Source: Dimargaris cristalligena (lineage: Eukaryota). Taken from it: DNA of 20,000 bases. The position numbers and the translations under genes were made by a program. The notes under the pieces were generated by a model that ran no database searches, was not told the DNA's origin, and worked only from the letters and a program-made list of their open reading frames with translations. Below, piece after piece: positions 10,716 through 20,000 of this stretch (position 1 is the first letter of the stretch; each line of letters starts with the position of its first letter). The DNA is taken from the NCBI GenBank assembly GCA_003614675.1, contig ML002233.1, forward strand, positions 45,939 to 65,938. The letters run 5' to 3'.

Positions 10716-11486
10716 GGTTATTATTAATCAATGAATGAATCAAGGGAAAACTATCTGTAAAAATGAGGTGACACGCACCTTCCAAACTACTCAAACCGAT
10801 TGGGAAATAGCCAGTGGTGCTCATCAGCCCGGTTGGTAAACGGACTATACCGCCCGTGTAGAGATGTATATAATCCAAAATAATCATATACGCATATTTA
10901 TATCAATGTGGGGAATCCCTGGAGTGGTTTTGAGGTATATTTTCCAAGCAAGATCAATTGGATAGCCGGCTGAGCTGAAGGGTGTTCCGGGCCACCTGCG
11001 ATAAGCGCCCGGTGGAATAGTACATTTTTTGAACGGCGGCTGAATTCACTGCACTATACTGCAGGTACCCATGACCAATTTCCCGTGGGCCGTAGGATGC
11101 AGACCTACATTTGCTTTGCCAAGTAACAACGGCAAGACAATGTGGGTTGACCCTTACTAGTCTAGATAGTGTGCGCGGGGAGTAAAAATCCTCATCCAGT
11201 CATATTGCATCCCTGGTCCCTGTTTAGGTGTTGGTGGTGTGATAAACACGGGAGAAGGGCCCATACTACTCTAATTGCCTAAATCCCCATGAAGGATATT
11301 ATTCATACGAACAAGCTAATTGATGCATGAGCCAGTAGTAGTCCCCTAGTAGGACTGGGGGCGTTGGTTGTGAAGTTAGCCGGGTTCCACTGAAGGGAAA
11401 TCCCCCTGAACTAATAGCTTCGAAACACATAACTTAGCCGATGCCACACCCTCTATTGCTCTCTATATATATTTCATGTATTTGTA

Positions 11487-11507
11487 TTCCGGGGGATATT
11501 ATCCCCG
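11487..11507. promoter_or_regulatory. Distal copy of the 21-nt element TTCCGGG-N7-ATCCCCG
   Basis: TTCCGGGGGATATTATCCCCG contains the perfect palindrome GGGGATA-T-TATCCCC and is 18/21 identical to 12204-12224. Confidence 0.5.
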
Positions 11508-12203
11508 CCATAGGGCTGGATGGGAAAAAGGGTCGTCATGGTGGGGTAGTAGGGCGCATGATCGGATTAGACGATTAAAACGCCCTTCATTGGTGTGCAG
11601 CCCTTAAAGGCACTACTATAGCCATCGGCATGAAAGGCGGAACTTTAATCAATGACCCCCCAGTAAAAAAAGACATTTTCCTGTAGATTAAAGTGGGTGG
11701 GGGACGAAACGAGACAAGATCAGTATTAGAAAGAGGAGGGGCCCAACTCGGCTTAATTAGACCGTTTCAAGGAACTCGCGTTTCACATGACGGCGGTGTG
11801 CCGAATGAATGAATGAATGAAACGAAAGGAAAGGGAAAGGGCAATATATACACATACATATATCTATATTGCACGGGATAAATCAAGAGGGAATGCTGGG
11901 TAATTAATTTTCCCCGCCTCTCTGCGGCCATGTTGGCGGGGCAAATGGACTCATTAGCGTGGCCTAAATGGTTGGCTGGCTCGTACGGCCTAGTGGTAAT
12001 AGACCAGAAGAAGATCGCGCGTTCTTTCCTCCCACCCAGGGCAGGGCAGGGGCCGCCGCTGTTTTTTTGGCCGGCTGACCAACCGCCCCTCAAACCCTCT
12101 GTAGTGCCTTTTCCCGCTGCCAAATCACCCTATCACTGCCACTCCTCCATTTCCGGTACTATGCACCCTATACTCCCGTGCTACCTATTCCTAGCGAGCC
12201 CTT

Positions 12204-12224
12204 TTCCGGGATATATAATCCCCG
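12204..12224 (+). promoter_or_regulatory. Metallothionein TATA box (TATATAA, 12212-12218) inside the proximal copy of the TTCCGGG-N7-ATCCCCG element
   Basis: TTCCGGGATATATAATCCCCG lies about 150 nt upstream of ATG 12365 and is followed by a strongly CT-rich leader (12290-12360). Confidence 0.65.
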
Positions 12225-12364
12225 GCCCTTCCCTTCCCAAATCACCTCGAACTCACTCATAGATACTCACGACTGCCCGCATTTGCCTGAACTTCCTTCT
12301 CCTCCTCCCCCTTCCTTACCTTACCCCACCCCCCCTCTTCTCTCCCCTCCCTCTCGTTCTCAAA

Positions 12365-12544
12365 ATGGCCAACCACCCCACTGCTTGCTCCTGCGGCGGC
12401 TCCTGCCAGGGCTGCTCCTGCGCCAGCGGCTGCTCGTGCTCCCGCGTCAACAACCAGTCCCAGGCCTGTCCCTGCGGTGAGACCTGCGGTTGCGGTTCCG
12501 CCTGCAGCTGTGGTAGCGACTGCTCGTGCAAGAGCTGCAAATAA
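12365..12544 (+). CDS. Metallothionein (probable Cu-thionein), 59 aa, 16 Cys: MANHPTACSCGGSCQGCSCASGCSCSRVNNQSQACPCGETCGCGSACSCGSDCSCKSCK
   Basis: Translated by hand; it is shorter than any ORF in the track. AAAATGG start context and TAA at 12542-12544. It has seven CxC motifs, no aromatic residues, is Gly/Ser-rich and has strongly C-ending codons. A TATA box and CT-rich leader lie upstream. Confidence 0.95.
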   Translation: MANHPTACSCGGSCQGCSCASGCSCSRVNNQSQACPCGETCGCGSACSCGSDCSCKSCK

Positions 12545-13473
12545 ATTATAAACCCCACCCATATCGCTGTCAGTCCGTCCGTTCGTTCGTCCATCCCTCC
12601 CTCCTTCACCGCCTTGCCAGTCTGATGACCAGAAGTCCTCTATGTTTCATCCATGGTGAATAATCATCCCCCTTCCACTTCCCCTTCTTCCACGTAAATC
12701 GTGGTCGACGATTCCATCCCGCTTGGACAAGTCATTGGGAGGGTGTGCTAGGCAGTGGCGTCGATTAAACATGTATATCTGATATTGCCGGGTCCGAGAT
12801 ACTCCCCCTTCTCTAACTTATAACCCACTTTTATCATACTACTACGATTTCTAAATACCCGGGGGTCTGTGGCCCTATTACATATATATGTATTACAATC
12901 CTGTCTATAGCCTTTACATATAGTATACATATATAAATTCATCTAGTTCCCGGCCTAATTCATCGTATGTGCATATGTAAAGGGAAGCAAGTCGTCTATA
13001 GCTAGTAAGTGATCTTGGAAGGATATAAGAGTACGTGTGCATGTGTGGGGCGGAAGAGGGTTAGGTTGAGTAGCAGCAGTTAATTGAGGTATTTCACCAG
13101 GTTTTTCATGACCGTCTGTACGAGCATCTTAGTCTGGTGCAGCACCTTACAATGTCCGAGTGCTCACCAGTACTTAGCCCGTTCATTATTTTGAGAGAAG
13201 AGGGCAGCAATTAAAACTAGTCCGGATAAATTGGTATGAGAAAACCGAGACCGTTAAGAACTTGTCGTAAAGGTACGTTAAATATTTATTCCGACGTTTC
13301 TAAAAATTAGGGATGGGAGAGAGACGGGGGAGAGAAACGGCGTAATCGCGTAGTCTTATACAGACCAACCCCCCCCCCCGGTATAGGGCAGGGTGGGTTG
13401 TCGAAAAGGCCAATTTGGCTGATACAGCCGGTACCTCCTTTCGCAAATAATACCCCACTCCTTGACCGTACCA

Positions 13474-14667
13474 TTAGTACACATTGTAAATAGGGAAATA
13501 GACACCGGGTTCGTGTTCCTGAAGTTCTTCGGATATGGTGTACTTGTAGCCCTTGCCGGGCAGTGGGGGCAGGTGGGTCTCGGAGAAGAGGGGTTTATCC
13601 AAAGCCTGGATAACTGCCGTTAAGTTGGCCGTCGGAGTCAGCTCAGTGGAAGCCGAAGTGGCCGTGACATCAGCAGCAGCAGCAGCAGTGGCGGCAGCGT
13701 CAGTATCCTGGGCAGGTGCGGCAATGGTTTCAGCGGTTGGCGCGGCGATCATCTGGGCCACATCGGTTTGGCTGTAAAGTGCGAGCCGGGGGTAGTTGCG
13801 GCGCACATCGCGTTGCCAGTAGTAGTTGTCGGAGACGGCGAAGGCCTTGGTTACTTTGGGTACGTACTTCTTCTGCGAGCTTAATAGGTATACCAAATTC
13901 CGGTACAGGTGGATAGGATGGAGTTGGGAGGGGGGGTGTCAGTTAGATTCCATGTTAAAACATTAAAATGGGTCCTTTTTGGTGGTGATAAATGGGGGAC
14001 AGTCGATCAGTTCAAGACAATTAATCAAGTTTACAGTTGGACAAAAAAATTCCCTCCAAGACACACTGGACTTAGGTTGTTTCGTTTTAAAAAATACATA
14101 CTATTTGGATAAAGTCGTAAATGCATAACTTACTCAGGAGACGGCTTGCGGTAGGTACCTGGGTTGAACATGGACTCGGCAGCATTGGGGTTCTTCAATA
14201 CAAAAGATAGGTTATTAAATATATCCAGGAACGAGGTAGGGCAAATATTAAATTAAAATTACGGTTAATGCCACAACTAAGAGTATCAGTAACAAGCCCG
14301 GTAAATTACGGGTACATGGTGCATTGGGTGGGGCACATTTCCAGTGATGGGGGGATAGCATTGTCAGTAGGGTGGCGGTTGGGGCAGAGTGCAATTTCGA
14401 CACCTGGGCCAACTATTGCAGCATTCGCTGGGGGGAGAAGAGGTGGTTGAGACTATCCCAATCGAAAGAACCACCGCGAGAGGTTAGGCGTGGCCCCGAT
14501 TAAATCATAAGTAGGGAGTAAACCGAAAGAATATGACGACCCAACTGCGCAACCAGGGATTCGTAGACAGGGTTTGCTTATTGAAGTCTAGTAATGTGAC
14601 GGTTGAAAAGCAATGCACTTACCACCACCAAGTATTTCTTCACGGTGTTCCAGAATTTGCTGCTCAT
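13474..14667 (-). CDS. NUZM: Mitochondrial complex I accessory subunit, NUZM / 21.3 kDa / NDUFA7(B14.5a)-like, 169 aa; exons 14667-14623, 14192-14134, 13879-13474
   Basis: Spliced product: MSSKFWNTVKKYLVV|NPNAAESMFNPGTYRKPSPD|SQKKYVPKVTKAFAVSDNYYWQRDVRRNYPRL...LPPLPG...YFPIYNVY*. This matches the fungal NUZM motifs YRxPxP, NxYWxRDxRRxYP and LPP. Exon lengths 45+59+406 = 510 nt, and the phases are consistent. Confidence 0.9.
13880..14133 (-). other. Intron 2 of the NUZM-like gene (254 nt, phase 2)
   Basis: GTAAGT donor at 14133, CTAAC branch site at 13946-13942, and TTAAG acceptor at 13880, which is the first AG after the branch site. Confidence 0.85.
14193..14622 (-). other. Intron 1 of the NUZM-like gene (430 nt, phase 0)
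   Basis: GTAAGT donor at 14622 and TTGAAG acceptor at 14193, preceded by about 85 nt with no other AG. Confidence 0.85.
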
Positions 14668-16677
14668 GATGATATAAGTGGGGTGATTATGGGCCGTAGG
14701 AAACTAAAATAGAGGGAAATAACGAACAATGGGGAGCTCTAATGAACCATGAATAAATAGAAGTGGGGGTGAGGAAGCAAGGCACTGGGAGGAAGTCGAC
14801 TGATCCACATGCCAGCATTCAATTCCCTTTCACAATCAAGGAGGACATCCCCAAACCTCTGCTCTATTCCCAGTGGGGGAGAGTTTCAATTTCGACAGTC
14901 TATATAGGCGATGGGACGATTATATGATGCCTATGGGATTTTTGGGATATTTCCATAAACAAACCAAGGCCAATATTTAAAGCTCAGTTTGTATTGCTGC
15001 AAAGTGCTGGATTGGGTGAGGTGAATTTTTATACTGATTTTTGTCATGTACGATCACTTCCATAAGTATTCATGTTGTTATTACATAAATATTGCTATCT
15101 CCCCCACGAAGTATTTTGCCATCACCTCTGAAACCATTGGTGAGAAGCAATCACCGATAATGAGACCAACCAGTGCGAAAAGCAGAGGATGTCAATGGCA
15201 AATGACCTTCTTAGCCGGTGATCGCGTGGACACTTTCAGCGATATTACGGCTAGTTTTGATGAGCGGTGCATCAAAGCCCGCCGGTTTTATTCTCTAAAA
15301 CGGGAAGCATAACCTCAGGTACGATACTGGACACAACTTTGAGCATGGCTCTGAGAGTCCATTTTCATCTATATTGTACGTTACAATTATTCGCTTCCGA
15401 GTATTTCTTCATCAAATTATTACATAAACCGTTTTCGAGTCGATCTTATAAAGTAGTCGTGTCTGTCCATTAATTATAAAAAGGAACCCGAAAGAATAAA
15501 GTCGTAAGTAGTCAAGGTTTCTCGATTCTGTCATATTTAATTCAAGTATGTCGATTTGTTCGAGTTCTTTATAAATAGTTTAATAATCGTTAAAAAATCA
15601 TGATGCCCCGCATATCCCATCACCCTTCTGTCTTTCCGAAAGTGACAGGGTCGCTACTATCGGATATGGCCTTGTCCCTGTTCACCCAGCCTATACTCCC
15701 GCAGGAATGGTGTGTTGTCACAAACTCTCCGCCCAGGCCTGATTATTCTCAACCCGAAAAGACCACTTTGAATCCTCCCGGGCGCCCGGGATATTGCTGT
15801 AAAAGTTCATAAAATTTTTCCCCTTTGAGATGAAATTGGAAAACAAAAATTGGGGGGATTGAGATAAAGGATACAGCCATGTCCACCAAACGGGAGATTT
15901 CGACTAACAAAAGTGTCCGTAATACGACTTATTTACTGCTATTGTGAGGTATATGGGCTCCGGTTTCTCGGGCTCGCCACTTAAGTATTATTTATCTTGT
16001 CACTAGCCATTAATGACCTATATAAACCCCCGGATAGTATCCTATATATATAGTTTTTAACTAAATATCCTACCGTTTACAGTTTTGGGTGCATGTGTCC
16101 CAGTTTTATAACAACTGAATAGGATCTTGGCAAGAAGAGAAATAGTTAACTTAAGCGCGGAATTATAACTAGCCGCTACTATTTTAGCCGGGATTGGCCT
16201 TCTCGATTTCACGGGCCATAGAAGCAGATACCTTGTCGATATATAATTGACACAACCCCAACCATCCCACGTGTTATATCCAGTTTAACTTGTGTGGCAG
16301 CAATACATTAGGCCAATAGCCACCAATATTAAGCAGAGCGATATTTTAATTGCAAAGCACATGCAAATAAATAAAATGGAGGGAGCAAAGCGTAATAAAT
16401 CATACCCTATAGTCGGGAACTTGGGGGCTGCTGCTTTATTAAATATTCCTAACAGTAAGAGCAATGGGACTGCGTATACTAGTTTATGGGATAGACACAG
16501 TGGGGAGGAACACTACTATGCCAGAGTACACCCGATATGAACAAATTATCTGCAAAAATCCTTTGCTCAAAGGTCCACAGTTACCCATTAGGACTAATAC
16601 TCCAGCCACCTGAATTTTAACCCGTTTGTTTCTGATAACAGAGGCATCATTTCAAGCCAGTCTTATTAATCAGTTCG

Positions 16678-17756
16678 GCTGTTTTGTGGGAACCACAATT
16701 GGCTTTTAGTGACAATACCATACTGCCTACCAAAGTGATACCCCAATTAATGAATGAATATTACTGTCCAGATGCAGCAACAAAAAACAGGGTAATGAAC
16801 CTAGTGAATTAGTTTTGCAGACTATGCCCCATAGGCTAAACAAATAAAAATACAAACTATAATAAAGATAAGTAGCTAAATATAAAAGCCTATAATTGTC
16901 TATTAGGCCCAGAAGACTCTGCCCCTACCCTTTCATGGCTGATTGAAAGGAAGGCTATGTTCCCTCCTATAGACTTGGAATGGTAAATTTCATTCCCAAA
17001 CTCAACTCCCTCTTTTGTTTTGCCACCTATTGGACCATCTAATCCATCCTAATCTGGATACCTTAGTGTCTATCCTTATTAGGCCTTATAGTACCATATT
17101 AACCTTCCTAAGGCCACCCCCAGTACTATGGGATCACCCTATGCTATATAACCTTTCCTCTTCCAGACTTTCCCTCTTTTCACTAATCACTCAAGTGCTA
17201 ATCCAAAGACTCCTCCAGTTATCATCAGAGTCTTCCAGACTCTAACAGCTGTCTGGTTAGCCTATTTTACCATACCCTAGCCTTAGTAGTATCCTTCCCC
17301 CAGGGCCTCCCTCTAGAGTTACCCCCACATATATATAACTGGGCCCTATTGGGACTGGTTAGACTCCCCAGCTTATTCTTACTCCCTAGTTTATCCTAAT
17401 AAACTCTATATATGCCTACCCCTCTTGTACTGACTAGTAAGTGTGCTCACTACATGTCCCTTACCTGTACCTGTATTTTGTAGCCTTTAGTAGTTAGTAC
17501 TGTGCCCCCTCACCTAATACTAGGGCCCACTTGACTAAGCCCAAGCCCCATCTACCATTAGAAGCCTATCCTTGGGACTCTTAATGGACTAAGAGTAGTT
17601 AACCTGGGTGACATATATGTATATATATATAATTAAAGAGCTGAATGAGAGCCAGGGTGCTGGTGTATAGTGGGTAGGCTGAGTGGAAAAGTGCAACCCC
17701 AATGTCTTGGGCTTAAAGCTGATATAAGTAGCACAGCTGATGGGAGAGATTGTACC
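16678..17756. other. CpG-free, TpA-rich block; probably a methylated and mutated repeat or transposon relic
   Basis: I found no CG dinucleotide between the CGs at 16676-16677 and 17757-17758, although C and G are both abundant. No recognisable protein. Confidence 0.65.
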
Positions 17757-19842
17757 CGGGTTGATAACAGACAACTAGGTGGTGGTAATAGCAGTCAATA
17801 AGGAAATAACACATCACAGGCTGAAGTGGCAGGGAATCAGGGTTTGAACCACCACATCGCATCCATTATTCTATGCTATATTCCACCCAACGAGGAGAAA
17901 AGCAAGTAATACAGTGTGCGTTCAATTCAAGAACTAAAGCGGATTAATGTGCTAAAACTTGGTAGCTAGAGGCTGATTATTTGGTGTTTTTATTTTAAAA
18001 TAGTAGGGGTAATGACTAAAGTTGTCAGAATACCTAGCCGTCCTCACCGAACCCCAATATCAATTGCTTCTTGACAGAGCAACAAATCAAGGACGGTAAG
18101 ATCATCGAATGAGCCCCAGTCATGAAACTGAGGCCCACTAACCTCCCTTTACGAACGGCAGGTTGTCATTCCTCAACCAACTTTAGTCAACGGCTGTAAA
18201 TTAATAATGGAGCAGCTTAGTTGTAGAAACTATTAACATGATCCTGTAAAGTACAGTCGATGCTGTTCAAGAAGGTGGCGGAGCGGCCTTAATTTATACT
18301 CAGTAGCCCTGTAAATGAGGTTTGCTATGGTGTTAGTGGGACTAATGATGGCGGTGAAAAAAAATATTGTATACTCCATGATCTAGGTGAGACTGATCAC
18401 CACCATACTGTAGCCATTGTTAGTGTGGGAATAGTGAGAGGGTAGTGGTCTCGTGGTAAAAAAAATGCTCCCAGCCATTACACCAGTATATTTTTTTACT
18501 ACCACTGAAATAACGGTTGAGGGCAAATGTAGGAGGCCTTTCTCTTCTAGGTGTATTGCTGTGACTTTAGTTATTAACAGCCTCCAAAAATATTGGTATA
18601 TTTTTGCCCCATTTTTAACATAGCCCCGATAAAAGAGGTGACAGAGTGGATCTTCGAATGAATTTGTCGGTGGGACGATGGATGTATCTTGGCCTTACAA
18701 ATGGCATGTTCAAAGAATAGAGAGTCATTCAATTTACTTTAGGGAACTATCACCATGTCTGTAGAATACTGGAACCATATGGCTCTACAGGCCTGCTATT
18801 CCAATCTAACGAAGTGTGTTTACTCCAGGGAACATTATAGTTGGTAACCATATCGAAACGTTATAAATGAGAATTAAGCTGTGAGTTTTAAAGCGATATG
18901 TAGCGGAATATATATAGGCGGAGTTATGTGGTAGTGATAGGAGCGCAAGTAATCTGAGGAGACGCCAATATGGTTAGTAAAACACCCTGTATATGTAACC
19001 GGTTCTGATTCTATCAGGTGCGGCTGCCATTGCCTGGTAGATGCGAGGTTCGCCTCTGTTAAATATAGGGGTCTTGAGATAGACCTGGTAAGGCGGGATG
19101 ATACCATGTTCGGTATGCCTTGGTCAACGATGACAAGGGCTACCAATTGTATGTAATCAGGGCTTTTAAATGGCCGGGAAGCTGGTTACGTTGGTCCCTG
19201 GCCATGCTGACCTCGGGGAAAGGGAGGGCCTGTCAGTATCAGCGGAATTACGCCCAGCCATAGGGTTAGAAATATCACCTATACTCCCTCTTTTTGCTGC
19301 ACGTGAGTTTTCTCTTCTCTTTTACCCATACCGCAGTGACCAAGCTACCCCCCCCCCTCATTATGTATCGAAATTGGTCAATAAATGCCCGTACAGGCAA
19401 TAAAGCTGAAAGAGGAATACACAATACGGTATATCGAATATGTGAATGAAGAGGCAGGAATGGCCAAAGGGATGTGGCTCCTTCGATAGCGGAATTCCCA
19501 CACCCTATTGATAGGACTAGGCAATGTTGGCGTCAAGATCCCAAAGATAGGCCAGCATTAATCCCATAGATTATTAGGCACAAACCCTCTGCAGTTATAA
19601 TATTGTTGTGGTCGGGCCTACCTAATCTTTAGTAGCATATCCCGGCCAAACTATTTTTAGTTTAGAAAAGATGAAGAACATCACCGAAGGTCAGTCTTCA
19701 TCTTCCCCACCCATTTATAGGCCACCTTTTCATTATTCATTATTCAATACTCCACATTCAATATTTTTAGTTATTATTCGTAGTTCAAAGATTTTTTAGT
19801 TATAGAAATCTGGGGCGTATCCCCAGCCTTTGCACCTCCAAA

Positions 19843-19882
19843 GCCACCAACATTGGCGGCCTTCATTATTTTATTATCTAGT
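19843..19882 (+). mobile_element. Candidate Helitron-like 3' terminus: GC-rich 18-nt hairpin, AT-rich spacer, CTAG|T
   Basis: GCCACCAA-CA-TTGGCGGC (19843-19860, one mismatch), a 17-nt T/A-rich spacer, then CTAG at 19878-19881 followed by T. Confidence 0.3.
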
Positions 19883-19912
19883 ACCATCATAGCACCAGTA
19901 AGTCACTATTTC

Positions 19913-19949
19913 ATTTTAAGAGAATACCCGTTGGGTATTCTCTTAAAAT
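19913..19949. repeat. Perfect 17-bp inverted repeat with a 3-nt loop
   Basis: ATTTTAAGAGAATACCC-GTT-GGGTATTCTCTTAAAAT. Confidence 0.92.
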
Positions 19950-20000
19950 AAAGACAAGCAGTTTTTACACCAGTATAGTTTACCATTAAGTTTTATTTCG

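Noticed and set aside
12178-12609. ORF-track entries 12178..12480 (+), 12257..12562 (-) and 12316..12609 (-)
   Set aside because: They are alternative-frame or antisense shadows of the metallothionein and its CT-rich leader.
13880-13896. TTG start for ORF 13474..13896
   Set aside because: These bases are the 3' end of intron 2; the real start is the ATG at 14667.
15046-16540. Scattered 68-88 aa ORFs
   Set aside because: No recognisable protein and no consistent frame or exon chain.
17825-17860. tRNA-like GGTTCAAACCC on the - strand
   Set aside because: No T-stem, acceptor stem or cloverleaf could be formed.
18874-19403. ORFs 18874..19146 (-) and 19170..19403 (+)
   Set aside because: No motif or codon bias; possibly decayed repeat sequence, but I cannot support that.
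1-20000. CRISPR array, rRNA or prokaryotic operon/defence system
   Set aside because: No regularly spaced repeats or rRNA signatures, and the sequence has spliceosomal introns.

Overview
Eukaryotic DNA, almost certainly fungal: GTAAGT...AG introns, a fungal-type complex I subunit and an AVT5/6/7-type transporter. An early-diverging lineage is my inference only. There are three intact genes. (1) An intronless vacuolar amino-acid transporter (4706-6619, -). (2) A 59-aa, 16-Cys metallothionein that the ORF track missed (12365-12544, +), transcribed divergently from the transporter across about 5.7 kb. (3) A three-exon complex I accessory subunit, NUZM/NDUFA7-like (13474-14667, -). At the left, the track's ORFs 1597, 2191 and 2431 fall in one reading frame (1597-3363) with a signal peptide. 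That frame is broken only by TAA/TAG codons, with no TGA and no frameshift, which is the pattern expected from RIP-like CpA/TpG->TpA mutation. Other signs of silenced or decayed repeats are a CpG-free block of about 1.08 kb (16678-17756), a possible LINE 3' relic (10401-10715) and a hairpin cluster with a Helitron-like end (19668-19949). The metallothionein promoter carries a duplicated 21-nt CGG-N12-CCG palindromic element, and one copy encloses the TATA box.
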